This document shows, piece by piece, positions 1 through 12,926 of a stretch of DNA of 40,166 bases. The stretch is from Catajapyx aquilonaris (Eukaryota), in NCBI GenBank assembly GCA_000934665.2, contig KZ539566.1, positions 1 to 40,166 of the forward strand, written 5' to 3'. Numbering within the stretch: the first letter of the stretch is position 1; every line of letters begins with the position of its first letter. Below the pieces are notes generated by a model. That model searched no databases, was not told the DNA's origin, and worked only from the letters and a program-made list of their open reading frames with translations. A program made the translations under genes and the position numbers.

Positions 1-962
1 GAAGATTCGAGGGGGTCAAAATGACGTGAGTTGTGTCGGGTAAAGGTGGCGGGCAGTGCGGCGAGAACTTGGCGGGGGCACTGCCGTGCCCCCTAATCTG
101 CCATTTTAAATTTTGAATTTTTGAGATCGGATCGGAAATGAGAGCCATTGAAAACCATTACATAAAAATTTCTGCATTTTTGGCCAGGGATTTACTTATT
201 ATCTGGCCCAATGTGACGAGCTGGCAGCCGAGATCGGAGGAAGCGCGCTCGGCGGCAGGTGGTTGCTTTGGTTCATTACTGTCCAAATGAATACATGATG
301 GTATGGTATTGGGCTGAATCTTTGCACACTGCTGTATTGCATGATTCCCATGGAGGTTTGTAAGTTTGGCGTTCCAAATCATTGGTATAGGGTGCGTACG
401 GGAATTTTTTGTAATTTTTGGTAAGGAACCAAAGCTTTCAGATGACTCTGGTTAGTTACTGTAACTGACACACACAGAGATCACCCTCCGACAATTTAAG
501 AACATCAATCGAAAGAGGACATCAAGGTGAATCCAACAGACATGCTGGAGAAGTGATCGAATGAATGGCAATGCTTACAGAGGCGCTAATAGCCGCGCGT
601 GTCCCCAGTCACCAAAAGGCCGTCTGCTCGCACAGTTGAACGTATGAGCAGCTGGTTCCAAAGAACAGCAACAATGGGCTTTTAAGATTGGCATGGTTTA
701 GTAGACATGTTGAGCATCCGATTGGTGTGATAAAACGCGGTATTCTATGAAAAATATAATCGTCGTGTCATGTCCGCTCTATCGCAAAATTGCTCTCTGG
801 ATTCGCACGCGGGATATTCAAATATGTAAATGTAGGTTTATGCAGAGTTAACTGACTCGCGGAACCCTGATGATCCTTCTGTGGAACCCACTCTAGGAAC
901 CCCTGCTCTACACAACATAAAAGATGGCAAGCACTACCCTGACCTTATCATTATCATCATCA

Positions 963-964
<2 letters not shown>

Positions 965-1021
<57 letters not shown>
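965..1021. repeat. (AAT)n microsatellite
   Basis: Perfect AAT run; it explains the poly-N ORF 881..1090. Confidence 0.95.
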
Positions 1022-1022
<1 letters not shown>

Positions 1023-1023
<1 letters not shown>

Positions 1024-1603
1024 CGTATTACCTCGCATTAAGTGGCATGCTGGTATAAAACCAGGTCAACCAGCATGCCGGTATAACTGAGGTGGATTTC
1101 CGTAATTTTGATCCTTGCAAATTTTTTTTGAATGATTCTGTTACCATACTAAAATAATGTTACAATGAAAATGGGCGAGTGTACAGGCTGTGAGAATATC
1201 CAAGTTATGTTGCATAGTGCATATAAAAATTGTAGAGGATGTGTGACCAATCCCATCGTTAGCCTGCTTTGACAGGGGAACCCCTTGCTCCAACATACTG
1301 TTTAAATAGAGATTATTGTCAGACACTTCAATTTATTGAAAACAATATGTGGTACGGGTACAGCTCGGGGTACCTTATTTGGAAAATGTGTCTTTCGGTA
1401 GCCTTTACGTGAATTTCGATTTTCAGGCAAATATCAAGTTCGGAAAGGATAATGTAACTTATGTTAAAACCTGGATTTATACCGGCGTAAGGCGTAACTC
1501 CCCTTATACCGGCATGCCGGCATAGCCACCAGATCATGCAGCATTTCTAAAAACTGGTCGACCTCGACTACACCGGCATGCCGTTTTATGAGAGATAATA
1601 CAG
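1023..1603. mobile_element. Tc1/mariner-pogo-type MITE
   Basis: Imperfect ~50-bp TIRs (CCGTATTACCTCGCATTAAGTGGCATGC / GCATGCCGTTTTATGAGAGATAATACAG) flanked by TA on both sides; internal CCGGCATGCCGG repeats. Confidence 0.7.
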
Positions 1604-2397
1604 TAATAGGGAATCTTCCATACACAAATTGTAATGTTATTAAAATTTTTGTTAGTGAAGAATGTGTTTCAGAAAGGACAAGGCACAGTACGGGCGAGTG
1701 GCCTTCCGTTCGATTTGCCTGAAAATGGGATATGTTGTATCCCAGACCATCCTGATCAATGTTGGATAGGGACATTTCGAAGTAGGACCTGCAGGGACCA
1801 TGCTAATCACTATTCATCGAAGAGGCTACTCAATACTATAGATGACTGCTGTAAGAGAAATCTTGCTTTCTTACATTGCACAGTAGGACAGAATCGGAAA
1901 GAGGTAGCCATAACATGATAAAATTACTTGAGGACAACAAAAATGAGGATTCAGGGGTTTTCCTCGATGCGGAATTCAAATCTGTTGCTAAAAATGCATA
2001 ATGCAATATGGCGAATCCAATATGGCGGACGCATAACATAAAACTGATCACAGTTCACTGAAAATTGGGATGTAGGGGTTTTCCTAGACTCGCAGTCACG
2101 CGCAGTTGAAATCTGTTAATAAAATATATAATTTTCTATATGGCAAATTCAATACGGTGGCAAATATACTTGTAAGCACTACATAGGATTTTATTTGGAC
2201 CGGCCATGCCCGTTAAGGCCCAACAGCCCACTCACTCATACAAACATAATACAAAATAAAACAACTACGCTGCCCAATCATCCATAATCCAGTCATCCAA
2301 TAAGTTCCAATCATCCAGACAACAGTCCACCAGTCATCATTCATATTCCAGTCATCCATCATCAAGTCATCCAGTCATAAGCCACCAGTCAACCATC

Positions 2398-2488
2398 AAG
2401 TCATCCAGTCATAAGCCATCCCTCAAGTCATCCAGTCATAAGCCATCCCTCAAGTCATCCAGTCATAAGCCATCCCTCAAGTCATCCA
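2398..2488. repeat. 27-bp tandem repeat in the LINE 3' UTR
   Basis: AAGTCATCCAGTCATAAGCCATCCCTC x3 plus a partial copy, with degenerate copies over ~2270-2545. Confidence 0.9.
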
Positions 2489-2545
2489 TCATCGATTCAT
2501 ACGCCACCAAACATCCAACATCAGTCCACCAGACATCCTCCATCA

Positions 2546-3646
2546 TCAGGCAGTGGCCCCTCCTGCCCCCCGCCCCCGGAAGTCCCTATTGAGGTCGCTC
2601 AGTATACCATCAGCCTCTAGGCAGAAACGATTAAAAGCTTCTGGGATTACAATGAAGCTCTTGTTGCAAGGCCAACCCAGGCCCTTGGACACCGCCGCAC
2701 ATAACAATTGACCCCGTGCTCTCAAAACCTCTGGTAACCTGCAATCCCACAACACGTGTTCAGGGTCCTGCCTTCCTAAGCCGCACGAACATCTGGCACT
2801 CTCCTCAGCTCCTTTGTCAAAAAATCTCGAGAGATAGGCCCGGAATGGGCCGTGACCCGAGATGAAACGGGCAACATGACCATGAACGTGTCTCCTGATG
2901 TCCACGGATGGCAGGAAGGCACAGCTCCAAGTCTTCCCAACCACTTCCCAGCGAGTCTGCCACAGTTCCAAAATGTGTTGTTTTATCCTCCGATTCACTG
3001 CTGATCTGCGTTCAGGTAGAAACACCTGGCCAACTGACTGATCCGCTGCCCGTCTTGCCTCCTCATCAGCTCGCTCATTCCCAGACACCCCAGCGTGGCC
3101 GTTCACCCAAAACAGAGAAACTACCGCCGGGATGTCCCGCTGAATATCCCTTATCCTAGCTGCCACCGTCGTCTGCATCCTGGGATCAGCCAACGTCGTA
3201 AGTGCTGACAGGGAGTCCGAGGCGATGCCAGCACTGCTGCCTGTGGGAAGCCCCAACTCGCGTAACGTCTCCATGGCTCGTCCCACCATCTCCAGTTCCA
3301 CATCAAATATACCAGCCGTAGGCGAAAAAGGCACTCTCCTCGTGAACATCTCCCTCCCGGCTCCATCGTAGACCACCAGAGCCCCTCCAGCTTTCCTGCC
3401 CTGGGTGACGGATCCGTCCGTGAAGATCACCACATCATAAACCAGCTCCTCGGTCCATCGTCCTATATCAAGGCGCTCCCAAGTCCAAGGAGGGACCGGG
3501 TGCCGCAAATCTATATTCCTGACCGTCAGACCTTCAGACTCCCTTTTCTTGAAGATCCGGTAGGCTTCGTGCATCCCCCAGGCTTGTAGATCGGGAGGGA
3601 CGTTTCCGGCAAGCACGTTCAAGAGTGCATTCGACGTCGTAAGCAC
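2546..3646 (-). CDS. Non-LTR retrotransposon ORF2 C-terminal fragment: RNase H domain plus CCHC-type zinc finger (no RT, no true start)
   Basis: Motifs FTDGS, ELE, SDSLSAL, WVNGHAGVSGNERADEEAR (RNase H D-E-D-D), SGHGPFRAYL and CSCG...DPEHVLWDC. Confidence 0.85.
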   Translation of the reverse strand: MLTTSNALLNVLAGNVPPDLQAWGMHEAYRIFKKRESEGLTVRNIDLRHPVPPWTWERLDIGRWTEELVYDVVIFTDGSVTQGRKAGGALVVYDGAGREMFTRRVPFSPTAGIFDVELEMVGRAMETLRELGLPTGSSAGIASDSLSALTTLADPRMQTTVAARIRDIQRDIPAVVSLFWVNGHAGVSGNERADEEARRAADQSVGQVFLPERRSAVNRRIKQHILELWQTRWEVVGKTWSCAFLPSVDIRRHVHGHVARFISGHGPFRAYLSRFFDKGAEESARCSCGLGRQDPEHVLWDCRLPEVLRARGQLLCAAVSKGLGWPCNKSFIVIPEAFNRFCLEADGILSDLNRDFRGRGAGGATA

Positions 3647-4196
3647 TGTAGCACAGCAGGACTAATAGCATGACATGGCCAAAAATCTATAAATAAATCC
3701 TTTCTCTGAACAAAAACACTCGTAAGGGGGTTTATTGAGACTCGAAATCCTAATGCGATGTCAAAAATGAAAGATTAAAGTGATTGATCCAAGATGGAAA
3801 GCTACATTGAAGGAATTTCGATTATTCTGCATAAATAGGCCTAGTTGTATCTTTCATAATCGAAGATATTAATTATGTGTAACAAAGTAGCTGTAGCATC
3901 CAAATTGCGAGAAGAAAACAATGCCTCGAGACCACGAGGCGAGGCATATGCTATTAGCTCAGAACCAGCCAGTTCAACTTCCCGGCGATAGGCTATGAAG
4001 GCCACTAGCATCAAAAAAAAGCATTTCGAGGCGAAAAAGAGGCGCCCTGCTGTTTCCACTTGAGATATCACTTGCACATGAAAGGCCTGCCTTTAAACTT
4101 TCAGATGTTGTTGAAATTGGCTGCTCGAAAGTGCCCTAATGTGAGATAAATAAATATTTACCTCACCCCACCCCATCATTTGCTATTGCATTACGC

Positions 4197-4563
4197 TGTT
4201 GCGCGATTTTTCAGTATGCCAATGGCACATACATAAGAAAGGGTTCCAACACAGAATAAACAGCATAAACGGTTATAAATTCAATCTATTTACAATATGT
4301 GGAGCGTCGGGTGAGTCGTCCTGGAGAGAGAGCTCAAGAGAGGCGGAGGACGCTTGATATAGGGACCGTTTGCCCTTCAGAACAAGGAAATCCACGCGTG
4401 CAACCTTAGTTATGCAAAAGTCAAGATGGACGGTACATCCGATGTACCTGTAAAATTTAGTTGTAAAAAGGTGACCTCGGTCCGTCCTTGAACAATACTA
4501 GAAGAGTAACTCACGCGTGTGCAAATGCTACGTACAGAAACAAACATGGCGCCCTCCGTGACA
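4197..4563 (-). mobile_element. Possible solo LTR
   Basis: TGT...ACA ends and a TATA-like CCTATAT on the minus strand; no TSD found. Confidence 0.3.
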
Positions 4564-5679
4564 TAATAAAGATTAATAGATAATTTAATGCAATAACCAT
4601 TGAGTTCCTGGAGACAAGATTATTGAAGTCTATTACTCTCCCTATTACCTTCGGAGGTCATTAGCATGCTCCCTGTAGGTTCCACCTTAAAATGTCCCTA
4701 TACAACATTGATCAGGATGGTCTGGGCTGTAACATATCCAATTTTCAGGCAAATCGAATGGAAAACCAGACCATATCCCATATGGCCTTCGGAGGTCAAT
4801 AGCATGCTCCTTGTAGGTCCTACCTTAAAATGTCCCTATACAACATTGATCAGGATGGTCTGGGCGGTAACATATCCAATTTTCTGGCAAATCGAACGGA
4901 AGGCCACTCACCCATACATTTTGTGCCTTGTCCTTTGGCAATTGTCTGCCACTGGTATAAATATTAAAATTAAAACGGGGGTGAAAGCACATTACCCAAG
5001 CATTATTATTATAATTAAAAAATAGGCAGGTTCTTAGCACCTTCTGTGGCTATTTTCAGTGCAAAAAGTTGCAAATTCTCAACTTTCAAGCCCAAATTTG
5101 TACTACTCATAAAGCACACAGCCAGTCTCCAACTTACTCGTACATACCTCTGACAAAGGTAAATTCTGACTCCCATGGAAAATATGTGACGTGAACAAAA
5201 AATCTACTGCACAGACTGGAAACGATTGCAAGAAAATCCCCCAATAGCCCATTCCGTGTTATTTGGCGTGCTGTGGAGAAAACGTTCGGAGGAGGTTAAT
5301 CGTTTTTACATCTCTAGGTCATGCATGAAAAGACGCTTCTTTTAACATAAGTAACTCTAAAATAGACCCACCCCCCATTAAGAAAAATGACATCTACGTA
5401 AGATGACGAAGGGAAAATGGACATATCATGATTTATTATCTCCAACCCTGCTTGACCTGTGATATCCTTCAACAACAGTAATGACCAGATGAACATGTTC
5501 ATGTTCCATGGATCCCCCAATGCAGGCATGTCAGGTGCATAGGAAATCCCGAGAAATCACCACATACTCCGATGTTATTTGGCACTGTATTGAAAAATTT
5601 GCTGTGGATGAACCGTTTATGGGAGGTTAATCGTTCTTATACCTCGGTTAGCCATGAATAAATGCTTCTTTCAATATAT

Positions 5680-6551
5680 GAGGCGCCTTCTTCCAAAACC
5701 CGATATATCCCAAGATATATGGTTCCGAGATAATTGAGAAAAAGCTGTGGTGCCGAAGCTAATTAATATTACAAGACCGGCCCAAGTCCATCTGCTACAT
5801 ATGTGGATGCTGCATATGATGAGCTTTTACAAGAAAATGATCAACATCGTCAAGTCGTAGTTTAAGGAATAGGCGTTGTGGATCGATTTTTGCTGCAAAG
5901 AGAGTGGATTTGGCAGTTTTTGCAACATTGAGGAAATTTGAAAATCCAGTGGTGACTCCAATACAGGAACATCAGCTTCAGAGTTGTGGCTGAAAGTGGT
6001 GTGAAGCGGTGTCGGAGTGATTATGATAATCATTGTGAATATTTCAGTCACATATCATAACAGCATTACCAGCGTAACTAGTATTTTTATGTATAGAGTC
6101 TTCATTTACCGGGGTCCCGCCATGGGTTCGTCCGGCACAGCCATCTTGGAGCTGGAGCCTACGTAGTCTGACTGCCAGACGACTGCCTTGACAAAGAACG
6201 CGTACAGGAGGAAGCATGACTCACTGTGGTGTCATGTGTAGCTTAGAGATGGATTTGTCTGAGTACGAAAGATATCCCATGCCAACTAGAGCTGTTCACG
6301 TTGCATTTGTCGGGTTATGGATGATTTGGTGGATTTGTCGGTTTTAGAAACATAGAATATGAACTTCCTGCCTGCATTTGTCGGGTTTTGCATGATCGTC
6401 CACTTTTCTTCGGGCCATTACAGCCGCATTTGTCGATGTTTGCTGAATATTCTGTCGTCACTTGATGAAACACGTCTTGAAGAACATACTCCCACCCTTA
6501 ACTAATTTTTTTTGGAAATAGGATTTGTCGGGTTTTGGAAGAAGGCGCCTC
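5680..6551. mobile_element. Sola-like non-autonomous DNA transposon
   Basis: Perfect 24-bp TIR GAGGCGCCTTCTTCCAAAACCCGA, 4-bp ATAT TSD and subterminal ATTTGTCGG repeats; an uninterrupted version of the host repeat lies at ~5335-5370. Confidence 0.8.
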
Positions 6552-7224
6552 ATATGTAACTTTAAAATCGACTCAGTCCCGCGTTGAGAAAAAAGACCCC
6601 AAAAATGACCAAATTATGGTAATGTGGACATTTCAGGAAATATTATTTCCATGACTGCTTGACCTGTGATGTTGACCTTCTACAGTAGTAAGAGTATGAA
6701 ATTAATATGGTTTCATTTCATACTCTTAGCATGTGTTTAACAATGACATAGGACCACCTGAAATGTGCCCTTTTTTCATAAGAATGTGAAATTTTTAGCA
6801 TTGTTATTTTGGACTCTTGGTTAAAACCGTTGCCACCAAAATGTTTCTCATCTCATTCCCGTTCATTTGATATAATTATATGATTATGGGGTTACGACAA
6901 GAACTCCACTTGAAATCAATTGTTCTTCCCGCTCCATTGTTGCCGAAAGACGTTGCCATATCTCTGTGGGCTTTTCACCTGGGGGGCTCTAATTTTGTTT
7001 TTGGCAACAACTCGTGTGTGTACACACATGATATTTTATATCAAATTCTGAGGTGGTTGAGCCACCAACTTGTCAGTCTTGGCATGGAATGACCCAACTA
7101 TGTCGACCAATGTCGAAGCTATGACAACTCTGTTGGATATGGACCTGCGTGGAATTGGCAAGGGTAATTGGAAAGGAGCATCAGTGTCGTAATTGCAACA
7201 TCATCTCCCAGAAATTCACCTTAA

Positions 7225-9071
7225 GGGGGCACTACAATAATTGACCTTCAAAAAAAAAAAAAATGTTTTTTTTTGTTTTTTTGAAAAAAATCAAGCGTCT
7301 TTTCCTGGGGCAAACCGTGTCCCAAAATTCAAAAAATTGGCTCGTCGGGAGGCGACGCTTGGCAACGATCTTAGGAATATTTTAACTTGAAATGCGTTTT
7401 CTCAGTTGGCCGGATTTGGACACTCACCATCGCCCATGCCACAAAAATTTAGCTACACACTTCCCGCTTCACCAGATTTATCCTCAAACATGGTGGATGG
7501 TGCTATCATTCGGCCTAAAAGAATTAGCCTGCTCGAATTACTTCTATTTTTACTTTCCTGAAATGTTTTCTCAAAACTGCTTAATTTTGCAGTTATCTTT
7601 CTGAAATCGTCAAAAAAATACTAAAACGATTTCAAAAATTATAATTCTGGGTCAAACGAAAACTACATGCTCAAGGAAGCCTGAGGTCCAATCTGACGGT
7701 TGTAGGTTGACCCCAGGGCACTGTGTGTCCAAACGCGAGAACACTTGGACAAAAATGGTAAAACCAAGTTGGCAGAGTCGTGTCAAATCTGCCCTAATGT
7801 AAGAAATTAATGTCTGAACAATAATAAAAACCCCTTGGTAGGTTCAATTGAGATGCATTTTATGCCAGGCAGGTACTGAAGTCGAGTGTTCGTCTGCCAC
7901 CTTTTTGTGTCTATTCAGTCGGCTTCGAATGGTCATGGAAGAAAGGTCACCACATTTCCAAATTCAGGCTCATCCGCATTTTAAGTTGTGCATAAAATAC
8001 CTCTGGCTAAGTACTACTTACCCTTGTGTAGCAATTTGAATGTGACCTGGAAATATTGGTGCCAGGCACTCCTTTGTTCAGGCCTCCATCGCGCCTATTT
8101 GTCACGTCATTGATTTGATTTCAATGACGAAAAGTAACGGATTTCACAATATTTCACTTCGAATCGCACATTATTTTTTTAATTTATTTTTATTTTCTAA
8201 ATTTACCCCGTGCCAGGCATCAATGGCCTATTTGGGGGGTGGCACACCACCATCAGTTTTCTCTGTCATTTTTCTTCAGTCACCGGTGCAAGGAGTCAAG
8301 GATGTAGGGTAGGGGTAGGGATTTTTGGGGAGGGAACATGGGGTGCAAGTGCATTGTCTACAACATGGGTCATGTGCTGTCCCCCAGGAGGTTAGGTTGC
8401 CAGACACCTCCTTGGTGCAGGTCAGAGACCCTCCCGACGCAGGTGAAAGGAAAGTTCCCCAGGCGGATCGAACCTGGGGCCTTTCACTCAGCAAGCCGTG
8501 ACGTTACCATCACGGCCACCACACCTCCCCCGAATCTCACATTAAATGAAAGGCTAGACTCCCTAGTTATAGACTCACTTCATTTCAATACCACATAATG
8601 GCACATTTTTTCCAAAAAGGAGGCAGAATTTGTCATGCTCCCCTGACAAAAGTTGCAATTATGTGCACTTAAAACTAAGTGAATCTATAACAGGGGAGTC
8701 TAGTCATTCGTTTGGTGTGTCATTCGAAGAGAAACTTGTGAAATTCTCTAGTACTTTTCATCTTGAAAATCAGAGGAATATCGTGACCTTCGTGACAAAT
8801 CCGCGCGGAATGAAAGCCATTTTTGTCCAAGCATTTCCGCGTTTGGACACACTGTGCAGCGCCCTCAATCGTGCTTACAGTGGCGTGCCGTGCCGTCACG
8901 CGGCCCTGGGGGCCCTTCAACACACGAACGTAATTCGATTATAGGTGCTAATAGGTCTTTGACTTATGTATATTCATGAAAATGAAGTCCCACCTTCTTG
9001 TCTCTAATGTTTTTTTGTTGTTTTTTTTTGCGATATTTCACAAAACCCTTGATTTTGACTGTAGTTCCCCC
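7225..9071. mobile_element. TTAA-flanked DNA transposon with GG termini (Kolobok-like), non-autonomous
   Basis: TTAA|GGGGGCACTACA ... TGTAGTTCCCCC|TTAA; removing it restores the mariner reading frame. Confidence 0.7.
8171..8530 (-). mobile_element. tRNA-derived SINE (family A)
   Basis: A box TGGCCGTGATGG and B box GGTTCGATCC on the minus strand, A-rich tail; second copy at 36652. Confidence 0.85.
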
Positions 9072-9215
9072 TTAACAGGAAGGATTTGTGGCAGAGGGGC
9101 CCCATTGTCTTCTATGGCAATGCTCGCTGTCATGTGGCCATTGCTGTTCGGAAACTTCTTAAAAAATGGGAATGGGAGCTGTTGGAACATCCTCCCTATT
9201 CACCTGACATGTGTA

Positions 9216-9357
9216 CTATCGTGTTCAAATACTTTTGGCTACTTTATCCTGGTCTTGAAGCAACCCTTCGCGCAGACCCCACGTTAAGGAGGTGTGTGGG
9301 TGTGAAGGGTTGCTTCAAGACCAGGATAAAGTAGCCAAAAGAATTTGAACCCGATAG
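9216..9357. mobile_element. Hairpin MITE (CTATCG...CGATAG), TA TSD
   Basis: ~53-bp near-perfect inverted arms; interrupts the mariner YSPDMxxCD motif. Confidence 0.85.
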
Positions 9358-9990
9358 TACATGTGACTACTATCACCTCCAAAAATGAAGGAACCCCTAC
9401 GTGGCTTACGTTTCTGTAGGAGGGAAGGATACCTGAGGGCGGTTTTTGAAGGAAGCCTCCACCAAAAAGGCTGCTGACGGCGTTTGAAGCCTTCCAGAGA
9501 TATGGAAAAATGTCATAAAAATTGTTGGGGATGACATGTAGGGAATGTGAAATGTTCAAGTGGGTACCCATACTGACACTAAAATTACAGCTGTGTTGCC
9601 AATAATTTTCGGACAACCCTCATATTTTTTGGACCATCTGCCTAGTAATTGTTTCGAGTCAAACATGGGGCTCTAGTATTCATGTGGTGTATTGAAATTA
9701 ATGAGCGGTAGTATATCTTGTTCTTACCCAGGGACCACCTGTATTTGAATTTCATTGCAATATTCTGTTGTAGGCTTTGATGATGGTTTTTCATCCTGAT
9801 AGCAGCCTGCTGTTAATGATTCTGATGTCCCATAAGCTTTTTAATTATCATAACCCAGTAAAAGCAACTAGTAACTTAGTAATATTAAAAACAACTAGTA
9901 GCAGGCTCAAAGTGGGCCAAGGGGTAGCACATTGCTTGTAAGTCTCGTGCCAAGAATTTTGATGTGACAAAAATTTCAACTTTCTTTCAG

Positions 9991-10246
9991 GCAACTTCCA
10001 GTCCTGGCATGCGGAGTCTGTGCCCTGCACTTGTTTGTGCAGGCAAACTGGACAGGGCCTGACCTCTCAGAAGACCTGACGTACTTTTTACATGATGCAA
10101 ATCATGAGGGAGATATAAGAAATAGAGCCATGCAAGCTCTTGTTGTAGATAATGAGGAGATCTACCATTTGGTGAAAGTTCCCCACTTTCTGCTGATTGC
10201 ACAAGTGATTCTTTCTCATCATGGGGATAAATTTGAAGAGCTGTGG
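9991..10246 (+). CDS. TTC27: TTC27 exon (QLPVLACGVCALHLFVQANWTGP...EELW)
   Basis: tttctttcag acceptor, gtaggt donor; hallmark LFVQxNWTGP motif. Confidence 0.92.
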
Positions 10247-10996
10247 GTAGGTATAGAGTTATCATGTGGAACATAAGTCAATAGCCCATCCATATTGGTG
10301 GAAATTTCATGTACTCCACCTACTGCCTCACCTTTGAGTTTGGCAAGAGTTACAAAGTGATCCAACAAGAAAGAAACCTTGCTCACAGAAATTCTGCTTA
10401 TTTAACTATAATCTATAATCTCATGCGACATATACCTGGTGCACTTTCAATCTCGTCTCTGCAACTTGGCCATCACTGTTGCGCAATTTTCTGGCATTGT
10501 TGTAATTTCAGCTATAATAGCTATTATCATTACCAACCATTTTCATCAATGATAGCTCTTCTATGGGTTATTAGAGTACAGTACTGTAATAAGTGACTTA
10601 CTTACGTAAATGCTTGTGTAAGAACAGTATATTTGCAAATATCTTCGTAGAGTGGTTAGGTGGTGTCAATATAATCGGAGATATCTTTGTAGCGATTCGC
10701 TCTACAAAAGAATGATAAGGATAGAATTGTACATTCTTCCATTTCGTCCTCTTCATAAATTCATATACGTGCAGCCATCTAAGAGATAGATTTTAAAAAC
10801 CTATTTTCGCCACCATTTTTCCAAGATGGCGGCGGGTTCCCTAGCTCTAATTGCATTGAACGTTGGATATGTTATTCTCCACATATGATTTCCATTGCAG
10901 TTCTTTTGACCCCATACCTTATCTTTCCTGGATTAAGCCACACATACGCTGTTCAAACCTATGGCTCAAAACTGGACATTTTTGTTAAAAAATGCT

Positions 10997-11300
10997 TTAA
11001 AACGTGTTCAAACTGTCTTCTGACACTAAAATCGTGATCAGCGACTTCGTATTGCTAGGAATGGACGCCTTAATTGTCAATTTCCTGCGAAAAATACGGT
11101 TCCGATTTTGTAACAATGGAGGCCATTTCCATTGTTGGCCGCCATATTGGTTTCAAACGTGTTCAAACTGTATTCTGACATTAGATTCGTGTTCAGCGAC
11201 TTCGTATTGCTAGGAATCGACGCCTCAATGGTCAATTTCCTGCGAACAATACCGATTTTGTAACAATGGAGGCCATTTTCATTATTGGCCGCCATCTTGA
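10997..11300. repeat. ~155-bp direct duplication inside an unclassified interspersed repeat
   Basis: AAACGTGTTCAAACTGT...CAGCGACTTCGTATTGCTAGGAAT...TGGAGGCCATTT...TGGCCGCCAT occurs twice. Confidence 0.75.
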
Positions 11301-11432
11301 ATCCTAATGGACGAAATTTTCGGTTCCACTTCCGGAATCATTCCTTATGGTCCTAGGAAGCACCATGCCAAGTGGCACACTTTCATCATAAAATGCCAGG
11401 TTTTTCCAGCTACCGCTTCCACTAAGAATTTC

Positions 11433-11652
11433 TGTAAGAAGTGTTCATATCTCTTAACCATGACTCGTATACTGGCAGAGGCCATCCACACTCCAACTCG
11501 AGACATATGTCGCACAAGGGGGAGTGGCCATGCTCTAGAGTTGTGGTGGTATCGAGCTGTGATTGAGAGCCAATGAGAGATTGCGAGTTTAAAATCATAT
11601 CATTATTGAACAATCGGTTATAAAAAGAAATAAATACAAGCTCTGATCTTAC
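11433..11652 (+). mobile_element. Possible short LTR
   Basis: TGTAAGA...TCTTAC ends, TATAAAA then AATAAA, followed by PBS-like TGGCG; no TSD or internal ORF. Confidence 0.3.
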
Positions 11653-12229
11653 TGGCGTGCGTGCTGCTTCCTTTTCTCCGGACCTCACTCATGCTTTTGT
11701 TCTTGATGGCCAGCTATCCATCCAAGGAGGTACTGTAGCCAGGGGCAGCTTTTTCGGGCATCATGGGACCGGTCTTTTGGTCTTTGGCTGGCTTCTGGCC
11801 ATCAAGCTTCCGGATAGGGCTTCGGTGGGTCGCCGGACATAAAACAGACACGCAGAACATAACTATGCACCAAATGTTTGTGCACAAACGACCCTTAATT
11901 CAGGAACCTGCGCAGGAGGGTACATGACTCCCCGAGTAAGGACTCGGCAGCAGTCAGATCACCTGCAACAAGTAGTCTAACCAAGAAAAAGGCCACCACA
12001 GCCACACCCAATTAAAGAGTTACATCGGAATTCAACAATAATTTCCGGGCGGGTCCTGGAGTACGCAATTACATCTTGCTTCGACAGTAGGCCTCAACCA
12101 ACTACCCAGAGCCCTGTGCTCAGGATCTCTATCTCGCCCAATTTCCAAAATAAAGAATTTGTTTAATTGGTCAAGATTTAACCACGTGACCAGCATTGAT
12201 TGGCCCCAAGTGACCTCATCAACAACTAA

Positions 12230-12803
12230 CAAGGGAAGGCCGCCAAGTGTGAATAAGGGATTGGACAAAAATCGCTCAGTGGGTAAATAGCATGCTTAGC
12301 AGTCACTGGCGAGCATAAAAAGATGAACTTCAAAGGCATTTTCGAGATATGAGCAACGACGGATACCTCTATCGCAATAGTGCCTCCGCAACCGCCTCCA
12401 AATACAAAGGTCCCTCAAGAAGTCTCTTGTTGCGGGACCTAGTGTTGTCTCACTTGTCCCCCATCCAATAAAAAAGAGTCAGATTATTGCCCATCGCTTG
12501 TGTTGATATTATTCCAGTAATTAGACTGAACCATGCCTGTATTTCAGTATGTGCAGTCAAAAATAAAAGGGGGAGGGGGACAAGTGAGACGACACTAGGT
12601 CCCGCAACAAGAGACTTCTGCGAGGGACTTTTGCATTTGGAGGCTGAGGTGCTATTGAGATTGCGTAATCTGTCGTCGCTCATATCTCGAAAATGGCTGC
12701 AAAGTGCATCTTTTTACGCTCGCCGGTGTCTTCTACGCATGTTATTTACCAACTGAGAGATTTTTGTCCAAATCATTTATTCACATTTGGCAGCCTTCCC
12801 TTG
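12230..12803. mobile_element. Fold-back MITE with ~230-bp diverged TIRs (CAAGGGAAGGC...GCCTTCCCTTG)
   Basis: 12230-12461 is an imperfect reverse complement of 12576-12803. Confidence 0.8.
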
Positions 12804-12926
12804 TACACAACAATTTAACTGGCTAGGAGGTGAGGCAAGAGTGAGGAAGGAAAAATGCCAGTAAGCACATTCTGACCCCAGCAGAGGGCAAGAGTCCGAA
12901 TACCAAGACATCCTTCATCATCCCTT

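Larger units (their letters stand above)
2189..3646 (-). mobile_element. 5'-truncated non-LTR retrotransposon (R1/LOA/I group), 3' part of ORF2 plus 3' UTR
   Basis: RNase H and Cys/His finger ORF, then a repeat-rich 3' UTR ending in ...GGCCGGTCCAAATAAAA on the minus strand. Confidence 0.85.
1673..4936. mobile_element. Old non-autonomous DNA transposon with ~135-bp inverted ends, hosting later insertions
   Basis: 1673-1807 is a diverged reverse complement of 4800-4936; the right unit is tandemly duplicated (~4648-4785 and ~4786-4936); no clear TSD. Confidence 0.55.
7192..9622 (+). mobile_element. Degenerate mariner transposase 3' half, split by two insertions
   Basis: Rejoined translation reads LQHHL..EIHL|NRKDLWQRGPIVFYGNARCHVA..WELLEHPPYSPDM|..CDY..KMKEPLRG (DNARxH and YSPDLAPxD motifs); mariner-type 3' TIR GTTGCCAATAATTTTCGGACAACCCTCA followed by TA. 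Confidence 0.8.

Noticed and set aside
2398..2488. 27-bp repeats as a CRISPR array
   Set aside because: The units are head-to-tail with no unique spacers, lie in a LINE 3' UTR, and the context is eukaryotic with no cas genes
1..9990. TTC27 first exon(s) and promoter
   Set aside because: The N-terminus is poorly conserved and I could not identify a supportable exon; it may lie here unrecognised or upstream of the window
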